In this document: positions 54,590 through 64,000 of the stretch, piece after piece | How the letters are laid out: every line of letters starts with the position of its first letter | Position numbering within the stretch: position 1 is the first letter of the stretch | Origin: Hamiltosporidium tvaerminnensis FI-OER-3-3 | Lineage: Eukaryota; Fungi; Microsporidia | DNA length: 64,000 nucleotides | NCBI GenBank assembly: GCA_022605425.2 | Contig: JAKIMF020000005.1 | Span: forward strand, 1,400,917 to 1,464,916 | Direction: 5' to 3' | Translations under genes and position numbers: made by a program | Notes under the pieces: generated by a model | The model's input: only the letters and a program-made list of their open reading frames with translations | The model's database searches: none | What the model was told of the DNA's origin: nothing

Positions 54590-56206
54590 TTATAATATAC
54601 AACTTTACCTCGAATTTTTTGAAATAGGCAAATGCGCCTCATAATTGCGTTATTTGCCTTCGCGTTATGAAAATTCCAGTTAATGCTATTGGGAATTTAT
54701 CTACCAATATATTATGAGTGAATTCATTAAATTATTTAGTTAATTTTGACTTCAAACAAGATCAGATGAGTTCTTTGAGAATACCCTTTAAACAAAGGTA
54801 AAATGTGTAAATAACCTTAGATATGCCATTCCATAATTCGAATCAGCTTGGATAGTTTGAGATAATATATTACAGATGCAAATATTCTAGTAAAAATATA
54901 TCAGCTGGTTGTGGCATAAGTTCTATTCCTCTAAATTGGTTTAATCTTTATTCATATAAGGAAGAATCAGAAGTTTCAAAATGAAAAAGTACTAATTTAC
55001 TTGTAAAAGATGCCACAACATTTAGAACTGAAGCTCATTTATAGTTTTAGTGATTATGTATACCTAATTGTCTCTATTATTACATTTTAAGCAGACAAAC
55101 CGTAATTCGAAATAATTAGCTATAAATCGACAAACAAGATCATCGAAATTTTATTTGTAGTATTATAAATATTTCCTTCTTTAAATTATAAGACCATTTA
55201 TTCCTATCTTTCAAATCAATATCTATTATTTATACTTATCTTTCTAAATTTATATTCACTTATAAATATATTTAGATATTAAAATGATATAATCCTCGCT
55301 TATTTCGGACTAGTATAGATAGCTCATTAATTTTTGAAAATTTAATTGTGGATTATATAGAATTACGAGAAAGTATACTAAAAATTAGTTATATTAATTA
55401 GGTTTGAGCCGAACTAAATTTAATTAAAGTTTAACTTTCTTATAATCATATCAAAATATTATTTACATTATTATATTTTGGCTTTATTTCTTGTTTTAAT
55501 ACGTATACTTAATAAAAATAGTTACAATCTAAAAACTAAAGAAAATATATCAAACGAACTATTTTAATAATTATTGTAACAATTGTCTTTCAATTAGGCA
55601 AATAACTTAAGAGTACTTAATTTTACATAAATTGGATGCAAAGATTTATTAGAATTTGGTTTTAATATAGAAGTAGCATGATAAGAAGTTTTTTGATCCC
55701 TCCATGACAGTTTACTGTACTATATATATTATTTAAAAGTCTAATTTAATTTAAAATAATATATAATTCAAAAATATACTTAACATATTTAAATCGAATT
55801 AATATATGTATAATTATAATGATTTAAGTTATGTAAATCTCACTACATATTTTAAAATGAAATATTTATTTATATAGATATATTTAAAGGAATCAAATAT
55901 CAGAGTTCATTATACTATAAATTGTATTATATATTAGTAAATCAAAGCCATTAAAAATCCAAAGAATAACATATATATTCCAAAAATAGCAATAGTATTA
56001 CATTTCTCATTAATTACTCGAAAGTATTATACATGATATTTGAATACTTTTCGTATTTATATCTTTTTTTTTTAATTAGCTTTATATTCTGTTTAAGAAA
56101 TTGTAAAAAGGCATATATAATATGCGCTATAACTGTTTGATTAATTTAAGGAAAGGTAAATAGTAAAGGTTATTTTGAAATCTATAGTTACGTATGAATC
56201 TCTTAT

Positions 56207-56347
56207 ATGATTAATGTTTCCAACAATATACTGCGGGCTTTTCGAAACGAGTTAACCAAATTTAATCCAGCCATATTTAGGCTGAACACAACTTACTATG
56301 AGCAAGATTATAAAACCTTGTTTTTAAATAGTATGTGAGCGTTTTAA
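56207..56347 (+). pseudogene. Small ORF W paralog with TGA at codon 44 (MINVSNNILRAFRNELTKFNPAIFRLNTTYYEQDYKTLFLNSM*AF*)
   Basis: Same register as the other copies. An in-frame upstream ATG at 56033 starts a hydrophobic signal-peptide-like stretch, MIFEYFSYLYLFFLISFIFC, but three stops separate it from the ORF. Confidence 0.45.
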
Positions 56348-57909
56348 TAGTACGAATGTTCCAAACAACCATAAAAAACCAACCAATACCTTACACACAA
56401 AAACTTCCAATTATGGTAAATTTTATAAGTTTATTAGGGTTAACAACTTAATATAATATCAGAAGAGAAAATACTTACTTATATTTACGAATATAATATA
56501 TTGATATGAAATAATGAATTTGAAGTTAAATGAATATAAAATGAACAAATAACAGAAATTTTATACATTATTTAGCCATAAATATTACTTTGAAACATAA
56601 ATTACTCATTGAAATGACCTGAATTATTTTACATGACCCAAACAAGTGATTGATTAAGTAACGACTTGAATTTGTAAATGAATAAGAAAAGAATGAAGTA
56701 AAATAAATGTAACAGAATTAAAAAAAGTCATTTCGAAAAAAAAACAACCAAAAAACTAAAAAATGTATATACAGCTATAACTAAAATGAGTTTTAGCAAA
56801 AAAAATTTGATATAAGTAAATTTTTAAATTAAGAAAACACAGCCAAAATGAATAATAAACTAAAAAAATGTACGAAAGAAATATCGGTAACTGTAATCTA
56901 ACATATAATCTCTTTTTATGCAAGAAAAATATTATATTTTAACATCTATAAACAAAAGTATTTATTTAAACATAAATAACGAACTATATACCAATTTACA
57001 TTAAAGTAACGACTTTATAAATTTTATATAACATAAATTTACTCAAAACAAGTAAAGGATAAACTAGGACTAGAATTTCAATAGAACGATTGAACGAAAA
57101 TATTTGAATTTAATTAAAAGCACATGAAAATAGTTAGAAACAAATATATAATAAAAACAAGTACATTTTTTAACTATGTAAGACACATTACAATTCAAAG
57201 ACTAATATACAATAAAATTATATTTACAAAAATATACATGACTTAATACAAATTATAGAAAAGGTAATTAAATAAGGAGTAAAAAACCCTACTAAAGTAT
57301 TCTACCCAAAAAATATGCATTTAGCAAATCTCCATAGTATTCTACAGAATATTAAAGAATTTAAAATCAAAATTTTAACGTTCAAAAAAATTATTGTGAA
57401 TTAATCAAAGCAAACACATAAGCAATATTTAGCTTAAAGATTTATATCACATTTTACACGCCTTTAAAATTGGGTTATAAAAAAATAGTATAAAAACAAA
57501 ATTAATACAAATAATATGTAAGAAAAGTATATATTTTAAACATAAAAAGTTAGATTAGATAAAAAAATAGAATGCTAATAGACATAAAATTAGATCTATA
57601 AGCTAAAAGAATCTATGAGATATTCAAATTAAGAACGACAGTGTAGTTCGATAGGATTTATTTTATTTGCGAAATAATGCTCGATAAATAAATAGTACAA
57701 TTAGAACTTTCTTTATTAGAATACATATTTTTTAGTGAAATAACTTAAATTTTGAAAATAAATAGAATAATAATTTAAATGATATAAACCGTAAAATGAA
57801 AAATAATATTACATAAGTTTAAAGTAACTGAATATCAGCGTTAATGAAAAATATATAATAGCTGCATAAACCAAAACCATTAAATGAATTTAAACTATAC
57901 AATATTTTT

Positions 57910-58620
57910 AATAAAGGAGTAAGTGTTGTACTTTTTTATAAAATTGCTTAGTTCTATGTTTGACATCAGTGACTGGACCTAACACTCCATCGTTACCTTT
58001 AGAATATCTAAATCCCAAAGCATTTCATATATAATAGCTTAAGAACCCATTTAATAAGCAATTTAGTTGCTTGGAGTTTGTCAATATCTGTTGCGGAGGT
58101 GTGATTGTATGTATAACTCAACTAGAATTGTACATTTGCATACCATGTAGCATTTTAACTTAATCTACACATGCCGAATAAATTAACTGCTAGCTAAGAT
58201 ATATTTCGGCGAATTACACGAAAAAACCATAGGTGATGCTATGCTATACTAACATAAATAACCCACGCAATCACTTTTCTAGTTTTACAAAGTTTTATCA
58301 TTCCATCTCCAATTCGCAGAGTCTTCTAAAGTAGTGTTTAAGACTAGATTTTTAAATTTACATGGGTATTATCTAAAAGTTACGTTGCAGTCTACAATCG
58401 AGCACAAGAAAAAAGCAAAAATATATTAATATAAAATTTTCGTGATTTTATGAACTTCTCCTTTTCATACGAACACCCATGTAACAAACGTAGAAGTAGT
58501 GTGGTTTTAATCACACCAAAAATCCAAAATATTGTCTTCACACCAGTTTAACCTACTCATTGCTAAGAAGAATGTTTTTTTTGTGACTATCCTCACACCG
58601 CCAAAAATATAATTTAAATT
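57910..58620 (+). pseudogene. Segment X, decayed gene of unknown family
   Basis: LAKIYFGELHEKTIGDAMLY*H and LHTSLTYSLLRRMFFCDYP, with in-frame stops. Confidence 0.6.
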
Positions 58621-59049
58621 CATTATTTACGCTCCAAATAAAAACATTTGAATATTTATGATTTCAGCATAATAAAAGTACATATAAAAGTTTATATAAA
58701 TTTAGCTACTGGTTTTTCGATGAATTAGAAATAAATCGAAGTATTTAATAATGTAACCATATAATATTGACGAATAAAACGTTTTAACAGAAAAATCATT
58801 GAGGAAAAATATATGTATAAAATTTAGAATAAAAATTTTTTAAAATGTTTTAATAATCATATATTTGAACCAAATCTACTAAAATGAAATTATAAAAGGT
58901 ACGCTTTTCAATTTTAGAAACAGGGAAACAAAAATTAGAGATATTCACATGCCCCTAAATATGTTTTAATTCTTTATGTTTTCTTTTAGGTTTAAAGCAA
59001 ATAAAAGAATGTTTTCGAAACAACTTAATTTGAGTATATATTTTAAAAA

Positions 59050-61200
59050 TTTCTATCCTTATATTTCTAATATCAAAATATTTTTTTATTGAAAAAATTG
59101 GAATGAAGAGGTAACTCAAGAAATACGAACAAAAAGGAGGAAAACGGGTTAATGGCTATATCAGTGAGTATGCAAGGTGTTTATTATGTTCTCTGCTTCT
59201 TAATGGATTGTCCATCAAAATGAAGTTGTTTTTACGAATTATTCGTAGTTATAGTCAAGATATAAAATAATTAGATTATATTGTGATGTTACTGGATATC
59301 TAGTAAAACATCGTAAAGTTGTATGTAACAAATGATTGGAACATTTACTTTGATCTTTGATTATATTACACCTCAAAGCAGTTTTATATAATATTGAATT
59401 TAATCAAAAGAGTTCTTTTTTTGATTTGGACAAAATTTCTCGTACCACTTACTCGGAGAAGACGAAAAATGCATGGCTAGGGGCGAGTAAGTAGTTAAAT
59501 ACACATAGCTGTGTTTATTGGCTTATAATCAAAGCTAGGGTTTTATGAAAAGTATTCGGAAATTTTGAAGAATTTTGACATGTTATAAACAGTTAGCAAG
59601 ATCAGATTTGCAATCTCGGCTAAAACCGAACCAATTTGGAATTTTTTGGGGGTGGTAGAACCAAAGCATGTGTCGTTGTTGAGATGTAAAACAAGGAAGT
59701 TTTGTGTGTCAAGTAATCGCATTCCGATGAAATATTTATTTTGAAGGTAAAATCGAAATACGTAATTCGAATATTTTTAACGAATTGAAATTAAAAATGC
59801 AATTGAATATATTTTGAAGGCTAGAAGATTTTAATTGAAGAAAATTTCTTTGGAACCTCTTGGAATTGATTTCAGAAAAGGCGGAAATATTGACTGGGTT
59901 TGAATGAAGAGGAAGTAAAAGAATCTTTATGTTTTAGGAAATGTTAGTAAAATATTTTAAAATTTGCCTTATATTATCTTTGAAATATCTGATTCATATA
60001 AAAAAATTTAATTTTTAAATTAATCTTTACACTCCCTGATTTGTTTAATTATTCTGTTTGTTATTCGTTCGTATCTAATTTTATACTTCAGTCCGTTGCA
60101 ATTAGTTAATCTATATTTATAGGTTTTATATCCGAAGATTTCTTTTATTAAATTTAACATTCCTAATTCCTTGGATTAAACGCCTTGATATATCTCTTGA
60201 TTCTTGAATTATTTTTGAAATATTCTCACGAAAAATATTTTGTTTAGCAAAACAAAAGTCTTCCATTTCAACCAAAGAAATTCAATCGATCTTTATAATA
60301 CATGTTAGTATAGTTTTAATTCATTAATATATTCAATAAGGTTTGCTATATCTTAAAATAGATAATTCAAATTTCACTGCGGAATAAATAAATCGTAGAA
60401 ATTACCCATTTATTCAAAAGACCGGAATTTTTCATAAGATCAGAGTCATTTATATATCATAACTATTGGTGTGCAGTTATAGAAAAAAAAATGAAAGCGA
60501 TAGTTTAACTAAAAAAGTATTATGATTAATGCTAAACTATAATTATTGGTTTTTTATTGGGTATAAGTTTAAACAAAACAAAATTGTCTATGAATATAAT
60601 TTTAATATCGTAATTTACTCGAAGATTTGCGAATAGCTAAATCTGTATTTAAAGATAACTTTTGGTCTCGGAGTTTATGAAACAGGTGTGTCTGTTATTT
60701 GTAAAATTATTTATAAATTCAACTAAGTGCTCGAATTTAATTTTTCCGTTAAATCCGATCGCATAAAATCTCATGAGTTTTTATACATTTCTTGAATCCC
60801 ATAGGAGCTAAAGATTAAATAATCTTATATACTCTTTTCATAATACTAATCAGCTTAGGTAGTGTAAAATGTATAAATTTGCTGCTATTTTTTTAAAAAA
60901 TATATTTAGTATTGTGCAACAGTTATTTTGTTCTAAACTAGGTTAAATCTTTATACAGTTGATTAGGTAATAGAAGTTTAATAATAAGATAGTGCTAAGT
61001 CACACTTAGAGGATACCAAAACTTAAAAAATCCAAGATTAATCATACCTATTAAAGTTTTGAATGTCTAATTGTGTTCTTTTTACATTTTAAGTGTACAA
61101 ATCATAATTTGAAAATATTATATTGGAACCAACAAACTCAATCAAAAATTTTATTTAGTAAATTAGAATAGACGTCTACTTTCCCAAACATACTTTATTT
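59050..61200 (+). pseudogene. Segments Y-Z, decayed paralog
   Basis: Collinear with 42010-44200. The ATG equivalent is mutated to ATA at about 59061. Multiple stops. Confidence 0.5.
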
Positions 61201-62174
61201 TTTTATATTATAATATAATATTCGTTTATAAATACATTTTGAAATCAATGTATCAACGATTCTAGTATATTACTTTATTCAAATGAATTTCTGAAAAGTT
61301 TGAAAATTAATTCGTAGCGTTGCATATAAACAAGAAATATATATATTAGGCATATGTAAAAAACGAGTATTTAATTTAGTTTGAAATAAACAAATATATT
61401 TAAGATTTACCTATTTTTAAAATAAAATTAAAATATCAAATAAAATATTCAATAATTCAAATATTTTTTGTATTGTATGTACGACTTCATAAACAAGTTT
61501 AACACCGAAACTAAACAAAATTAAACTATTTTAAGAATTATTTGTAGAATTTTGTTTGAACAAAAGAATAGGTTAAGAAAATTAAAATTTGTATATATTT
61601 ATGTAAAAAATTTTATTTGAATTTGGTTTTAATATATAAGTAGTATAATAGAAATCAAGTTTTCAATCAAGAGATTTTATGGTATTATGATCTTATTTTA
61701 ATCTAATTTTTTATATCTTACTGTATACTATATATTTCTAAAAAAAAGACCTAACATGATTAAAAGCAATCAATATACTTATAATAAAAATATTTATAGT
61801 CAGTATAATAAGACTCATAGTAAAAAAACAAATAATTTTTTTTATATGGATATATTGAGGCTAACTAAAAATTGAATCAATTTATATGGATTATAGTTAT
61901 ATGAATAAAAAATCAATGTCTGTATAGATCGGGAGAATATCACATCAATATTGACAATAGCAATAATATTACACAACTCCTCAATTTTCGTAAAAGTAGT
62001 ATAAATGAAATTCAAATACCCTTTTCACTTGTATATCTTTCTTTCATATTATATTTGTATTTTTTTGTGCTAAAGCAGCAATGCATACATAATACCTAGC
62101 AGTTCGCTCAATTTTCGAGAAAGTATCTAATATGAGGTTATATAGAAATCCAGAGTTACGCATATATTCCATAT

Positions 62175-62315
62175 ATGATTAATGTTTCACACAATATATT
62201 AAAGACTTTTAAAAACAATTTCACGAAATTTAATACAGTCATATTTAGATCGAACACAACGTATTATGGCCAAGATAATAAAATCTTATTTTTAGATAAT
62301 GAGTTAAGTTTTTAA
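62175..62315 (+). CDS. Small ORF W paralog, 46 aa (MINVSHNILKTFKNNFTKFNTVIFRSNTTYYGQDNKILFLDNELSF)
   Basis: Open ATG-to-TAA frame with the same length and register as 45181-45321. Confidence 0.45.
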   Translation: MINVSHNILKTFKNNFTKFNTVIFRSNTTYYGQDNKILFLDNELSF

Positions 62316-64000
62316 TTGTCCGGATGTTCGTAATAAGCATAAAAAAACAAAAAATACCTTACACACAAAAACTTCCAATTATGGTTAATTTTATAAGTCT
62401 ATTAAGCTTAACCCCTTAAAATCATATAAGAATAGATAAAACTTTGTCATATATTTAAATATAACATAATGATATTTAATAAGAAATTTGAAGAACAATG
62501 AATTGAAAATAAATATAAATCTATCCAAACAAGATAAAATTAGACATTTTTTAAAAATATTTCTTTACTTTATTCTAATCTTAAAGGTTAGAATAAATTT
62601 ACTTGTTTTATAAATAAAAAAACTGCTTGTGCAAGTATCAAAGTAGAACGACAAATAAAAAACAGAAGAATGCTCTTAAAAAAATTTAAAAAAGTAGATT
62701 CGAATAAAATGAACAAGAAATGTGAAAATGAATAGCCAAAGATTTATCTAATTAAATAAAGTCAAATGAACTAGCTATAACTAAAAATGCTAACCTAGAA
62801 AAAAATTAATATAAACAATTAAAAAACTAAAATATTAAACGTAAAAAAGGAATAGAAGGTAAATAAATTAAAAATGTAATAGAGTTATATCTTCAAAAGA
62901 CGAATTTAATATTTTAACAACTATTAATAACCTTAATTTAATACTATAGATAAATAAAGCATAAATAGTAGTTTAGATCACAATTATAATCAAATATATT
63001 ATAAATTACTCGAAATTATCGCTAGTATATATAGAACTATTATTTTAAAACCTTTCACGTAATTTTAGAAAAATAAAGTAACTTAAATAGTACAAGACTA
63101 CCCTGCATTGTGATTATACTTAAAAATATTATTTCGTATAAATACATTTACTTTATTTAAATGTTATATTATTTGTTATTTAAATAAAAGATTAGCTTTA
63201 ATTACTATTTTTTCTTGTACATATTTTTAACAATGCCTTATGAGACGTACTTTTAAATACTTAGGGAAGAAAAAATTATTTAAATTTATCTTATACCAAA
63301 TATTATTTAACCCAAAGTCTATTTCATTGCAGTTAAAATTTATTTAATTTTTTTTAACAACTATATTACATTTTTATACATAAATTAGAATATTTTAGAC
63401 ATTATATCAATTTATTCCAAAGAAAACGCATTTCGAATCGAAAAATATAAATTTAACACGGATTCACAAACTGAAATACTATTAATTCAAAACTTTTATT
63501 TGAAACAAACTAAAATATTTCACGCATTTACGTTACCTTATAATATCGAATGATATCTGTACAAGCAGAAATTTGAATAAAAAGATTGACCTTCTAATTT
63601 TTTTAAAAAAGCTTTTATTTAGATGTTTACAAAGTAGAATTTTTAGGTTTATAAATAACTGTATATTGTTAATTTTTTTGTTCTATTATTAGATAAAATC
63701 TTACATATGTCTCATTTTATCAACAAATTAAATCTTAAACAAAATCCATTTCGATATGAATCTTTTAAAATATACCATTTGTTCTAAATATAGACATTCT
63801 ATATATTCATGTAGGATATATTTTTAAATAAAGTTTAATTTTTTTTTATTACATTTTTTTAATTTCTACTATTTTCTATTGTATTTTTACAAATTTTGAA
63901 ATTCAAAAGAAAACTTAATATATTTAGAACTGTAAAAATATGTATACCACTTTTTAAATGGACACATCAATTAATTTTATATAATTAAATCAAAGTGAGA

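Larger units (their letters stand above)
50470..57830 (+). repeat. Repeated module copy (Z interrupted by the retrotransposon, W, spacer)
   Basis: 50470-50774 plus 54590-56850 is collinear with 19840-22400, and 56440-57830 is collinear with 1-1400. Confidence 0.85.
57830..63020 (+). repeat. Repeated module, complete X-Y-Z-W copy in head-to-tail tandem with the preceding copy
   Basis: W anchors at 56207 and 62175 are 5968 bp apart. Collinear with 40780-45750. Confidence 0.9.

Noticed and set aside
56331-56350. Tiny intron (GTATGT...TTTAATAG) explaining the frame switch in W
   Set aside because: Removing 20 nt gives the wrong frame, and the GT or AG is missing at the equivalent positions in other copies.
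54600-62425. Minus-strand LRR gene reading of the module (NLEE*NLCHNQL, NLIILYLDYN, IRFYYLGHNTL)
   Set aside because: Cross-copy codon comparison favours + strand frames (six-fold Leu/Arg swaps in W, GGT/GGA/GGC in Z). The minus-strand motifs are not sustained and arise easily in AT-rich DNA. The strand of Y and Z remains less certain than that of W.
1-64000. rRNA or tRNA genes
   Set aside because: No cloverleaf, A/B-box or conserved rRNA sequences were recognised by eye. A covariance-model scan was not run.

Overview
Extremely AT-rich eukaryotic DNA. It is probably from a large-genome microsporidian such as Hamiltosporidium; this is an inference from the retroelement type, the AGGGTGTTA repeats and the CCC-proximal ATG contexts. 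The only long intact ORF belongs to a young R4/Dong-like non-LTR retrotransposon (RT + CCHC + restriction-like endonuclease, 50775-54577) flanked by a perfect 12-bp target-site duplication. No intact housekeeping gene was recognised. The rest is built from three components. (i) Two same-orientation arrays of a degenerate ~187-192-bp satellite (22.4-26.9 kb and 33.3-37.1 kb) bracket a unique AT-rich core plus a 1.7-kb array of about 50 phased AGGGTGTTA motifs, a centromere-like layout. (ii) Six complete or partial copies of a ~6-kb module of decayed + strand gene-like segments (here called X, Y, Z, W). (iii) Scattered low-complexity DNA and unidentifiable coding relics. Segment W contains an indel-free 46-codon ORF with synonymous-biased divergence. 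In all four copies it ends in TTT-TAA-T and continues as a conserved peptide in the +1 frame, making it a candidate programmed +1 frameshift gene missed by the ORF track.
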